From the human T2T-CHM13v2.0 reference genome, Homo sapiens, in NCBI RefSeq assembly GCF_009914755.1, contig NC_060938.1: a stretch of 64,000 nt of DNA; one strand, written 5' to 3'. The notes below the pieces were generated by a model that did no database searches, had not been told where the DNA came from, and was given only the letters and a program-made list of their open reading frames with translations. Positions within the stretch are counted from its first letter, which is position 1, and every line of letters begins with the position of its first letter. Below are positions 12,043-25,498 of this stretch, in pieces. The position numbers and the translations under genes were made by a program.

Positions 12043-12561
12043 TCCAGGAAAGTGCCCTTTCTCAATCTCATCCAGGGTAGACGTGTCTTCCCCGTGGTGA
12101 CTTTGCTCTGAGCAGACTAAGGTCACCAGACACCCACCATGGCCCTCTGCAGATGGCTGTGCAGGGTCCAACTACTAACTCAGTTGTCAGTGAGGCCACC
12201 AGCAAGAGGGCTCCAGATTTCCCAGAGAGAGAAATGACAGACCCACAGCCACACACCAATAGGAAGGTGGAGCTGGGGCTGGAATCCAGCCCAGGGCTCC
12301 CCTACCACCTCTCCTTGGCTGCTCTTGTCTAACAAGACTGTGTGTGTGTGTGTCTGTTACTTCCCCCAAGCACAGCATTGACATTGGAGAAAATAAGCAA
12401 GCCCACACCAAGAGGCCTCTGTGACAAGGCCCAGAGCTGCTAATGGTGCAGAGAGACGGCCGGATTCAGTTGGTCGGTCGGCTTGCCCCCAGCAGCTCCC
12501 AGGCCACCCTCCCTGGAGGCGGTGGATCTGTGTGTCAGCCAGACCTGTTGCTCCTTCCTCT

Positions 12562-13125
12562 TGTCAATCAAGAAAAATAACAAGACAAATCTCATTCATT
12601 TTAGGAAGTCGATTTGCCAAAGTTAAGGACATGCTCCCAGGAGACAGGTTTATGCCTTTCTCTAAAGATGATTGTGAGTGCTCCAAATTTAAAGGGAAAA
12701 GGGCAGGATATTGAGAAGTACACAATTTTTATGTAAGTGGGGGTAGGGGAAAAGAGTCATTCATGCCTTTGTCTGGCTCAGTGAGTCTGCATTTTTACAC
12801 AAGGAAACGTAGACAAAATGGGGCAGGGGAACAATCAGATATGTATTTGTGTCTGGTGGGCCGGGGTGACTGCACCTGTAAAGATAAGCTATCGATTTAC
12901 ATGGCCATGGTGAAATTTTAACAGAAACACCTTAGGGTTAAGATCTTGGAGCTCACTAGGAATTTCCTTGTGGGCAAAATATGGGGGAGACATGTAGCTT
13001 TTTATCTTGTAGTCATCTTATTTAGGAACCAAAAAGGGGAAGCAGGTTTGTGTGACCCAGTTCCCAGCTTAACTTTTCCTTTGGCTTAATGAGTTTGGGG
13101 TTCTAAGATTTAATTTCCTTTCACA
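12562..13125 (-). mobile_element. MER4A-family ERV1 solo LTR
   Basis: Reverse strand starts tgtgaaaggaaattaaatcttagaaccccaaactcattaagccaaagg; 4-bp TSD ctct on both sides. Confidence 0.85.
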
Positions 13126-13146
13126 CTCTGCAGTAACCAAATGGGA

Positions 13147-13601
13147 TGCATTAGCTTTCTGGGGCCATCATAACCAATCACCACAGACTGGTGGCTTAAA
13201 ACAATGGAAATTTGTTCCCCCTCAGTTCTGGAGGCCAGAAGTCTGAGGTGAAATCAACATGTGGGCAGGACCGTGCTCCCTCTGAAGGCTTTGGAGTAGG
13301 ATCTTCCAGTCTCCTAGTGCCCTTGGCTTGTGGCAGCATCACTCCAGTCTCTGCCTCTGTCTTCGCATGATGGCCTCCCCACTAAGCCTGTCTGTGTCTC
13401 AAATCCCCTGCTGCCTTTCTCATAAGGGAAAACCAGTCATGGAGCTGGGGCCCACCCTAAACCCAGGGTGACTGCACATAGAGATTCTCAACATAATTAT
13501 GTCTGTGAATACCTCTAATTCTAAAGAAGGTTCTATTCACAGGTTCTAAGGGTTAGGAGTTAGACAAATCTCTTTTGGGGGACACAGTCCAACTCCCTAC
13601 T
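13147..13601 (-). mobile_element. MLT1B/C-like LTR
   Basis: cacagactggtggcttaaaacaa...cagttctggaggccagaagtctgag...tttgggggacaca. Confidence 0.8.
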
Positions 13602-14169
13602 CAGGGTCTGGACCATTTCCTCTGAACTCCATCAGACCTCCAGCCATATTGCTTCTGTATCCTTCTGAAACAGGGACCAGTGTGAATTTAATAGTATCCT
13701 ATAGAGGAATTCTTACAGCCTCCAAAGAAAAAGACTATGTCTGTTCTTCCATCACCCCTGTCTCCTGCAGAATGCAGCCCCTGATTTCTTGGGTTCTGCC
13801 TTCTCTGCACTCCTGCTTCAGGGGCGACCTCACAGACTTGTTCCAGGACAGTTCATCTGTTCCAACCCACAGGCCCCAAACATAATCAGTTCAGGCACTG
13901 TTAAGGTCTCAGGAATTTTTCCACCCATCCCTCAACCAAAAGAAACACCCAGGAGTTCTGTTTATTATATTAGGTAAAAAAAAAAATAACATATGTATGT
14001 CCTAATGATTTAGTAGCCATTTGAAAGACATAGTACATATACATCTAAAAATATATATTCTTACTTTATTCTTGAATAGCCACAATTGCTTCCTAATGGA
14101 AAGTGTACCTCATTGGATCCTCCAGAACTTCTCAAGCTCACAGACACCAAATTTGCATCTTTGAATTAT

Positions 14170-14420
14170 TTTGGAGCAGAACATCTTTTTACGTGTTTGT
14201 GGGCTATTTTGTTTACGTGTTTGTGGGTGTTTCTTCTTCTGTGAAAACCCTGTTCAAAGTCTTTCCTCTTGGGTTGTTTTTGTCTCCTTCTTACTGATTT
14301 GTAGATGTTCTTTATATATGTTTGGATCCTCTCCCTTTGCTGGTGATACAAATGGGAAACACCTTCTCCCAATCTGTGGTTTGTCTTTTCATGTTATGAT
14401 GATTGGAAGTTTTTGACTTC
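14170..14420 (-). mobile_element. Old L1 fragment
   Basis: ttcttcttctgtgaaaaccctgttca...gttctttatatat...ctcccaatctgtgg. Confidence 0.6.
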
Positions 14421-14631
14421 ATTCTTCCCACACTTGTCCCAATGATCAGGCGGTCCCTCTGCTAAACCCCTCTGATGGCTTCCCATCCTGAGCCCGTAGG
14501 GTAAAAGCACACCCAGGGGGCAGCATGATCTGCTTCTCCCTCCTTGGGTTCCTCTCTCCTTCTGGCTCACTCTGCACCCTCCCTCCCCCTACTGCATTGT
14601 GCGCTGTTTTTTTCAGTTTCTGAAACATGCT

Positions 14632-15329
14632 CGTTACAGGTGGCAGTCAGGCAGACGTGATGAGCAGAGCAGGAGAGGCGCCCCTCACCAGGAATGTCAG
14701 GCAACCATCAGGTGATGGTCAGGAGGTTGTTAGAACTGTCTCTATAAAATAATAATTGGTTGCAGCCAGTGCCAGGGAAAGGTCTCCCAATAGACAGGAA
14801 CACCTGAAACTGGTGATCAGCAGCTTCCCAGTAAGATCTCAGGAGTTGGGTGAGTGGGCTCAAGCATGTGCACTAACAGGCAAAATGGCGGATTAAACAC
14901 TCAGCTGGTGAAAGAAAAATGCCTCAAGTGAGCATGCGCACAACTTGAGTAAACACACTGCGCATGCAGCCCCGCCTGAGTGCTGGCAGGCCGCTGTGAG
15001 TGCAGACAGCTCACCCCAAGGGGAGAATCAGGGGAGAAGGAGCGCAACCTCCCAGAAGCATGCCAACATATAAAACCCAAGCCAAAGATCAGATTATGCA
15101 CTTGACTCTCTCCAGTCGCCCGCTGGAACCTCTTCCAAGTGTGCTTTGCTTCCTTTCATTCCTGCCCTAAAACTTTCTGATAAACTTTCACTCCTGCTCT
15201 AAAACTTGCCTCAGCGGAATTCTTTCTTTTGAGGAGTTAAGAACTGAGGTGGCTGCAAACCCGTATGGATTTGCTGCCACTAACGTAATTTGGTGCTGTG
15301 TGACTTGGATACGTTCCTTAGTGGTAACA
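14632..15329 (+). mobile_element. MER50 ERV1 solo LTR
   Basis: ccaggaatgtcaggcaaccatcaggtgatggtcagg...tataaaaccc...ggatacgttccttagtggtaaca. Confidence 0.88.
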
Positions 15330-15455
15330 TGGCCAGCTCATTTTCCTCTGTGGCCCATGTAAAACACACTCCTCCCTTTGCCTGAGTAACTACCTACCCT
15401 CCCTGCACCCAAGCCTTTCTCCTCCTTACCTTCTGCCCTCAGTCACTTCCCCCAA

Positions 15456-16017
15456 GAGGCTCAGGCTGTGTCCACACTGGTCCCCTCCCCCCAGGGGCTC
15501 AGGCTGTGTCCACACTGGTCCCCTCCCCCCAGAGGCTCAGGCTGTGTCTACACTGGTCCCCTCCCCCCAGAGGCTCAGGCTGTGTCTACACTGGTCCCCT
15601 CCCCCCAGGGCCTCAGGCTGTGTCCACACTGGTCTCCTCCCCCCAGGGGCTCAGGCTGTGTCCACACTGGTCCCTTTCCCTCAGGGGCTCAGACTCTGTC
15701 CACACTGGTCCCCTCCCCTCAGAGGCTCAGGCTCTGTCCACACTGGTCCCCTCCCCTCAGAGGCTCAGGCTCTGTCTACACTAGTCCCCTTCCCTCAGGG
15801 GCTAAGGCTGTGTCCACACTTGTCTCCTCCCCTCAGGGGCTCAGGCTGTGTCCACACTGGACCCCTCCCCTCAGGGACTCAGGCTCTGTCTACACTAGTC
15901 CCCTTCCCCTCAGGGACTCAGGCTGTGTCCACACTGGTCCCCTCCACCCAGGGGCTTGGGCTGTGTCCACACTGGTCCCCTCCACCCAGGGGCTCAGGCT
16001 GTGTCCACGCTGTCCCC
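15456..16017. repeat. GC-rich minisatellite (VNTR), 38-bp unit, about 14.5 copies
   Basis: Unit ggggctcaggctgtgtccacactggtcccctcccccca; ORF starts at 15468/15506/15544 confirm the 38-bp period. Confidence 0.97.
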
Positions 16018-16293
16018 AGCCAGCTCTGGTCATCTGTACTCTAGGGTGTTATGTATCCTGGTGTGTAATCATTTTCTTTATCCTTCTTGCTCTACGTGGG
16101 TGTCTTCAACAGGAGCTACAGGACAGAGCGACTTTGTCACTGTCACTGCTCTTTCCCAGTGCCCAGGACATAGTCAGCATTAGCCTCCTGCCCCTGGAAT
16201 CTCTGGATTGGGACTTCTGTGATCACTCTGGGGTCTCAGCGGCCAGACCAAGGACTCACAGTCCATACCGTAACACAACTGAAATCGGTAACC

Positions 16294-16618
<325 letters not shown>

Positions 16619-17787
16619 TCACTTGTTGCCGAGGTGAGGAATGGCAGCCTGGGGCCACCATGATTTTAATGTCTGAAACCTCCCTGGAGCTGCTGGATGA
16701 CCTCCTGGGGAGGGCTGGTGCCAGGGAGGGGGCCTGACAGAAGGAGCTGGGCTGGCTGGGGACACATTTGCATGAGAACTAGACTTCAGTGGAGAGGAGC
16801 AGGGGGAGCAGTTGGTCAATTGGAGGTCTGGGATTTGTCTTTAGCAAATTTTCTGTGATTTCCCCAAACACTTGAAATTAATTAGTGGACTGGAGCCTTC
16901 ATGAACCTCTCTCTCAGCTGGGATCTCACCCCTGCCAGGGCTGAGCTTGGCACAGCATTCTGCACAGTGCCCTGGATGTTCTGTGCGTTGGCTTCCTCCC
17001 CACTGCACCACTGCTTGGGTGGGAGAGCTTCACATGCAAGTCTTCATGCATTTGCACACCTGCCCAAGTACCGAGGCTGGGCCCATGGATTCTGGGGCTC
17101 CTGTCCTACGGGGGTCAGAGGGCAAGGCTATGCCTCCTTGGGAGCAGCTATTCTCGCTGTTAGTTGACCCACAGACAGGCCCACCCTTGGACAGGAAATT
17201 CAGGCTAGGAGGGGGCTTTCTCTCTCTGGGCCTCATGGGATGTGGGGCCTGGACTTGGAGGTGGCTCCCATGGTATGGCTTGAGTGGCCCCCCGGGCTGG
17301 AAAGTGGGAGCAGCGTTCAGCAGGGTCTGTGGCCTCTGGGTCCCCCTATCCAGAAGCAGATGTCCTGTCTGCTTTGTCAGGCTTGAGGTTTCCCTGATGA
17401 ATGGAAAGATATGCAAGCCTGGTCTCGGCTGTGTCTGAGAGAATCAGGGCAGGGGCCCCTCCCTGAGGCCAGAGGGCAGTGTTAGCAGCCACCACCATGG
17501 GGGAAAGGCTCTTCCGAGAGGAAAGTGGCCTCCTTAGGGCTATGGGCATCCACAGCCACCCCTGTGACAGAGTGGCTTTATAGGAGGCCCAGAGAGGCAG
17601 GAGACTGGAACTTCTCAGTAATACCAGCACACTCATGGGGTGTGTGTGTGTAAGTTTCTCCATGGGTGTGTGGGGGGCTCAAAGTCAGTATTAATGGTTT
17701 TTACAAAATAATTTTATGTATTTTTTTAATAGGTTATGCATTTATTTTTAAAAATAGGTCAAAGTTCAACATTTAAAAGGTAGGAAA

Positions 17788-18450
<663 letters not shown>

Positions 18451-18454
18451 AGAA

Positions 18455-18820
18455 AGAATAGCAGTGAAACTTGTCCTATCTACTCCCGTGCCTCAGCCAT
18501 TCCTCCTCTACCTAAAGACAACCAATGTCACCAGCTGCCTCTGTGTCCTATCGGAGACATTTCACAAATATTCAATTGACTGTATATATATCCCCTTCTG
18601 CCCAATGGCAGTATTCTGTGCATTCTGTTCTGTGTAATAATTTCTTCATTTCATAATATATTTTGAAATTATTTCATATTGATACATTCTCTTTTGAAAC
18701 ATATCAGTGCTTTCTCTTTGTGATTAAAATGTATTCTATGATAGATGTGACATAATTAATAACTTCCCATTGATAGACATTTAGGCTGTTTCTAATCTTT
18801 TGTCATTGAACAGTGGGCAT
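18455..18820 (-). mobile_element. Old L1 (L1ME-like) fragment
   Basis: attgatagacatttaggctgtttctaatctttt. Confidence 0.6.
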
Positions 18821-18909
18821 TTAATGGAAAAGTGACCTTATTTTGTTGTCCCAGGCTGGGGCAGCTTGGATATGCTGTTTATATCTAAGGTAGAGACAGG
18901 AAAACTCAC

Positions 18910-19300
18910 TTAATATTCCATTCACCTTCCCACATTTCTCAGCTTCCTTGCAGGTAGGTTGGGTCCTGTGGTCAGTTCTAGCCCATGGACTTGAGAAGGA
19001 ATGATGTCTGAGACTTCTGGGCAGGGGTAGTGGAAAGCCCATGTGAGATTCTCTAATCTCTCTTCTTCTACCATTGCAACTAAAGAGGCAGAATCTCACA
19101 GATGGTGAAACTGTTCACTGGTAGAACATCTGTCAGCCTGGATCTCTGAGGGACGCTATGGAGCAGAGTCTCCTGTAGATTCACAATGGACATTGTGACA
19201 TTTAGCAGGAGCAAAAGTAAACTCCGTTGTGTTAAGCCACTAGATATTTAGGTTGCTTACTTCAACTGGTCTATCTAGGCCAGTCAGAAGCAATACATAG
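18910..19300 (+). mobile_element. MLT1 (J/K-like) LTR
   Basis: agttctagcccatgg...cagcctggatctctgag...tgtgttaagccact. Confidence 0.6.
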
Positions 19301-19505
19301 ATGTTTGTGACATTGAATTTAATAAGTGACTTTTAAATGAATAGTTTATTAAGAAATGTCCTGGAGAGTCTCCATGAAGCTTGTGGAGCTGCAGAGGCAG
19401 ACAGGAATTCTTAGAAGAGCCACCTTGGATATCTTCATCTTTCCTTTCAGCCCAGATGGTGTGTGATCCCTAAATTACCTCTCACCACTGGACCTCTTGT
19501 TCCCA

Positions 19506-19571
19506 GCATGTTCACTGAGAGCACCTTAGCTCTCTGCATGTTCACTGAGAGCACCTTAGCTCTCTGCATGT
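19506..19571. repeat. Perfect tandem duplication, 2.2 x 30 bp
   Basis: gcatgttcactgagagcaccttagctctct at 19506 and 19536. Confidence 0.95.
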
Positions 19572-19959
19572 CACCTGTCCTCTTCACCCTCCCTTTGATC
19601 ACAGTCAAACTCTTGGGAGCCCTTGCAAAGATCAGTTATTTAGAACCAAAATCACAGGAAGATGCATATGATAGTGAAAACCTAGAAATAATGTAAATGC
19701 CTGACCATAAGAGATAGTTTCAGTAATTTATGACATATTCATAAATTGAAACAGCCTTTAAATGATGTGGGAAAAAAAGGATAAATGAAAATGTCCATGA
19801 TATTTTTATTGAGAAAAGAAGCAGATTACAAACTAGTGTTTAAAACTTAAAAGATGTAGATTTTCACGTAAGAAACGTGCTATAGAAATGTGTAAATGTT
19901 GCCCCTTGAGTCTGCTCCAATTTTGCTAAAATAAAGTCTTTGATTTCAGAGTTCTCTCT

Positions 19960-20500
19960 TCTACCCTTGCAGCTTGAATTCCCATCAGTGTGCTGAGGGC
20001 TCCCAAATCTAGATTCCTTCCCAAGATTTCAGCATTTTCCAAATGGTCAGTTTATCACTGCCTTCTAAAACCTGCTCTTTCTTTATGTTGCTGTCATAGT
20101 CAGTAGTTCTAATATTCTACCAGAAACCTGGGAATCATTTAGGATTTCTCTCTCCACTATACAAATCCAGCCAGTTAACCAATTTCTGTTGATTATTGCT
20201 TTCTAACATCCCCAACCTGTTCAGTTCTCCTGATCTCTTTCAGCACTTTCTCTTGGGCTGTATTATTTCATAGGTGGGAGTTTGCAGCAGACTCCTCTCT
20301 CATCACCTTGCTTCCATTATCACTGCCCACTTTGCTTGCACACACTGAAGCCAGAGCAATCTTTCTACCATGCAGACCTGGCCATGTCGTTCCCAACTTC
20401 AAACCCTCCACCTTGAACATAATCTAAACTCTTAGCAAGATATTTGATACCCCAAAGGGCCGGCTCCAGCCTTACCTGCGAATCATCACTTTTTGACTCA
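19960..20500 (-). mobile_element. L2 fragment
   Basis: ccagaaacctgggaatcatt...gccagagcaatctttcta. Confidence 0.6.
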
Positions 20501-20509
20501 CCTCTGAGC

Positions 20510-21160
20510 TCATCTATCCTTCCATCCATTTAGGTATCCATCCATCCAATTCCCCCATATGTCCCCCTATCCATCCACCCATCCATCCATTTCTCCACCT
20601 ATACATCCATCTATTCATCCCCCAATCTGTCTACCCAAACATCCCCTATCCATCTACATAGCCATCCATCCATCCTTCCATCCATCCATCCATCCATCCA
20701 TTCCCCTAACCATCCACCTAACCATCTAACTATCCCTCCAACTATCCATCCACCTATCCAACCAACTATCCCTCCACCTATCCATCCATCTACCCATCCT
20801 CCCATCCATGTATCCATCCATCCATGTATCCATCCATCCATCCGTGTATCCATCCATCCATCCGTGTATCCATCCATCCATCCATCCATCCATCCATCCA
20901 TCCATCCATCCCCCTATCCATCCCCCTTTCCATCCACCTATCCATTCACCCATCCATCCAACTATCCCTTCACCTATTCTTCTATCATTCCCCCATCCAT
21001 CGACCTATCCATCCCCCATCCATCTACCTAACCATCCCTTCATTCATCTACCTATCTATTCCCCATCCATCTACCTATCCATTCACCCATCTATCCAGCT
21101 ATCCATTCCCCTATCCATCTACCTATCCATCCATTCATCCATCCAGCTATCCATCTATCC
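20510..21160. repeat. Degenerate (TCCA)n/(GGAT)n simple repeat
   Basis: About 650 bp of ccatccat variants, purest around 20870-20910. Confidence 0.95.
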
Positions 21161-21829
21161 AATAAAATCCAACAGCACTCCATTATGCATCCATGTGACT
21201 TGGGTATAAAAATATTTTTGTTCACTGGGACAAGCAACAATTCCAGAGGTCCCATACAGGAAATTAAAGACAACAAAATGAAACAAAACAAAGCATAGCA
21301 AGACAAAAAATTGGTGATTCTAACTTCCTTTCTGAATGCTTCCTATTTTGTGGCCTTGAGTTAATTTTTCGTGATGGTATATCTCACCTGTCTGTACACC
21401 CTCCTCCCAGTTTCTGGCTCTTTGCTTGGGGTGAAAATGCCATTATTTTCATTGGAGACCAGTGAGAAATTCACTTGTGGGGTGCCTTTGTGAAATGTCT
21501 CTGTGACAGCCTCAGCTTGGCAAATGGGACCATCTCTCAAAGTACTCATGGAAATATTTGTACAAACACACAGAGAAAGAATTATTTCATTCTGGAATTT
21601 GTGTTTCCTTGATCTTGGTGAAGTTAAAGGAAGAAAGGAAGAAACAAATCATGAAGATGGAAGATGAGGTCAGGAAGAAAAGTTTATTTTATTTTAAGCC
21701 CTCAAGAAGAAATTTACAAACATTTGGATTTATTTTTTCTTTTTTTTCTTTCTTTCCTTTTTTTTTTTTTAAATACCAGAGTAGGCCTTTGTCCATGTGT
21801 TGTTCACTTAGGAGCTTATTTATTATTTA

Positions 21830-23130
21830 TTTATTTTAATGATGGAAACTCCCATCCAAGGAGGTGCAGAGCCCTAATGAGAACTCGCAGCATCCGGAGT
21901 GCTTCCAGCATTCCGCCCTCAGCCCCACGCATCCCGAGGCTTACTGGCATGCATATGCCTCATTACGGACACATGCCCTGTCATGTGTTATTCCTCACTT
22001 AGTGACAATTTGTCACTGTCACCCTTGACATGTCACTCCTCGGCAGACGGATTTGACTCTGGTGCCAAGTCTGACACTTAGATGAGAGGCAGTTGTAATC
22101 TGAATTGAAATAACGGGTCGAGAGTGGCTAATTTCACTCTGACATAATTCTAATACCACGTAAAGAGACAGAAGTGCGGTATTTAAAGGGGAGTTTTTTT
22201 TTTTTTTTTTAATAAAGCTTTGGCCGCCCCCTCCCCTTGCTCTGAGTCTGAGTATTCAATTATTCTTTAGGATAATGCTTTTATTTTTGAAGGATTAAGT
22301 CTTGGATTTTAATAACATTCATTTTCAATTAAGTGCACTAAGATCCATGGATATAACTATTACTTAAACTATAAGTAATGGTTGCCTGTAAAAATTAGGA
22401 AACACTGTGCTTTAGATAAATTACATTCAAATTAGATCTTATTATAAATGGGATAGAAAATGGATTTTTTAGCTCTGGCTGGCCAAAGAGCCAACATTTG
22501 TATCTACTTCATTTGTTTAAATATATTTCAAGCCAGATTGAAATCCATACGGCCTGACATTAATTGAGTGCTGCCACATCAACGTATTCAAGTTTCATAA
22601 ACCACTGAAGAGTGAGTTTTTACTGGCTTGAATTAGAAATATTCCAACCCTCTTATGCTAAAATGGTATTGTTTATGTAGCGATTCTTTAAGCCATCATT
22701 AAGTGGTATAACTCTTAATAAAATGCATTTAAACAGACCATATGCAGAGTATGGCTGTGTTTTTAAGAAATTGCATTTTTTTTTTCACTAAATAGATGAT
22801 TACATCTTTTTTCTTGTGGGGAGTGATTCTTTTGTACAATATATTTCAGTAAATACTGCTTTTCTTTTGCAAAGAGATGAGACAGATGCAAGATTACTGT
22901 CAATTTTTCCTGTCTTCTCTCCACCCCTCCTTCTTTTCTGGGGGGTGGGAGGAGACCAAGTGGGGACCGTTTCAATATTTGTCCTGGGAGAGAGGGTGGT
23001 AGTGGGCAAACCTGTGGTCAATTGCCTGCAAGGAGTCACTGTGGTACTTGGTTTTATTTTAATGAAGCCAGAATCAATATGCTCAATTCCAGTGAGAATT
23101 ATAAACAGTGTGTCGTTCAGAATTCCTGAG
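21830..23130. promoter_or_regulatory. Candidate conserved non-coding element / developmental enhancer
   Basis: Repeat-free; dense TGACA/TGTCA and TAAT/ATTA motifs; retained CpGs. Conservation not checked. Confidence 0.55.
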
Positions 23131-23384
23131 TTATGACCGAGATGTTCTCTCCTATAGGTGGGCCTCATGAGAGATGTGGAGTCCTCATCACGGGGTTGCC
23201 TGGTGATTATGGAATAAGCAGCGGACTTACAGACACTCAGCGTCCAGGCGCACCAGGCCACCACATCCCAGACATGAGTACCTGTGCAAAATGCATTCAT
23301 TCCTCCATCTTGGACGAGTTTACTGAGCACCTGTGATGTGCCAGGCACTAGGGGTGCTGCAGCGGAAGAGCTAAGCATTGAGGG

Positions 23385-23708
<324 letters not shown>

Positions 23709-24803
23709 AGGTTTGATGGTTTTTGATAGGGATGCAGCTGGAGAAGAGTGCTGCGGAAATGCAGGCAAGATGGGGGCTTGTCCAAGAGGGAGGGAAGGAC
23801 GGCCTTCCGGGAACGCCACATCTAGGCGGAGGCTGAAACCACAGGGAGGAGCATACAAGTGGTTTGAAAGCAGCGGTCAGGGCCCGGCGGTGTCTGGGGG
23901 ACGCTGGAACAGTAGGAGAGCTGGGATTCAGAGTGCACGGGGAAGTAGAGGAACTGGGCGAAGTCAGGGGCCCAAACGTTCAGGTGAAGTCCCTCCACAT
24001 CCACTGACCACTGGGCTATGATGGCTTTGCCTCAGCCTCTGCTTGACCATGCATCACTGAGCTTGAGCCTCACTTCCACAAAAATGCAGCTTTGAGTGTC
24101 GCTGCTATGTAATCACCCCCGTTTAATGTTGTGTGCTGGGCTTCTGTAAGTACGCAGTGTCTCTGGAAGAAGTTGGAATAACCTGCATAGAAAAGACCTT
24201 CTGAGAGCCGAGGAGCCTCTCTCTGGCATGCTGGGTACCATGGTCCTGGTTAGAGTTCAGTCCCGTTAGCTTACCTTTCTTTATTCATTACTCACCCATT
24301 CATGCATTCAATACATGGTTAGTGTCAGTGCTGCGCCAGGCTCTGGACAAACTGGCGAAACTCGTCTCTATCTCAGCCCTCCTGGAGGTTATGGCTTAGT
24401 AGGGATGGGAGACAGGATCATGAGGAATGCAGGTGCCATGGGCACAGACTCCTGCAGGAACTGGCATGAAGACATGGTCTGAGGATGGACAGGAGCCACC
24501 AGAGAAGGTGGGATGAGAGCTGGGCATAAGAGGGAGGGCGTCTGCCAAGTTCTGGAAAGGAAAGAGACCCCGGCAGTCTGGGATCTGGAAGATGGGGTTC
24601 CAACCTGAGCTTCAACAGATGATGACTTAGGTCTCGGGTGAGTCAGCTGATGCCGGAGCCTCAGTTTCCTTACCTGTGAAATGTTGACAGTAATCATGGT
24701 GAGCATTGAATGGATGACGCTCATGAAAAAGAGTCTGGGACATGGCAGGGCTCAACAAGGGTCAGGTGAATCTGAATCTAGCACTAAGTTTCCTGTGTTT
24801 TTA

Positions 24804-25091
<288 letters not shown>

Positions 25092-25346
25092 AAAGGAAGA
25101 TGTACAGTTGCATGATAGAGCAATGCCTATTGACTGTCAGCATTACTCATGGCTGCTACCCTCAGCAGCCCTAAGGCACATGTCATTATCCCCATTCGAT
25201 AGGTGAGGACACTGAGGTTCAGGGAGGGGAGACATCTTGCTCCTGGACACCTCAGCTGGGGAGGAAGGCAGTGGGGATCATTCTCAGGAATCTCTGACCG
25301 CCATGGGCTCTTGCTCTGTGCACCCTCAGGAGCTTAGGGTCTGGCC

Positions 25347-25498
25347 CAGGCGTGCTTAACCAGGGGCCGTTCTGCACTCTCGGGAACCTCTAGCAATGTC
25401 TGGAGAAATGTTTAGTTGTTACAATGCACAGAAAGTCTCTTCACAACAAACAACTAACGGGCCCCGAACATCGGTAGTGCCAAAGGTGGAAAACCCTG
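25347..25498. mobile_element. MER20 (hAT-Charlie), internally deleted
   Basis: gcaatgtctggaga...tagtgccaaaggtggaaaaccctg; 8-bp TSD gtctggcc / gtctagcc. Confidence 0.8.

Noticed and set aside
15456-16017. CRISPR-like array
   Set aside because: Units are head-to-tail with no unique spacers; eukaryotic context with no cas genes
20611-21209. HPSI/MDGW-repeat ORFs
   Set aside because: Artefacts of the (TCCA)n repeat
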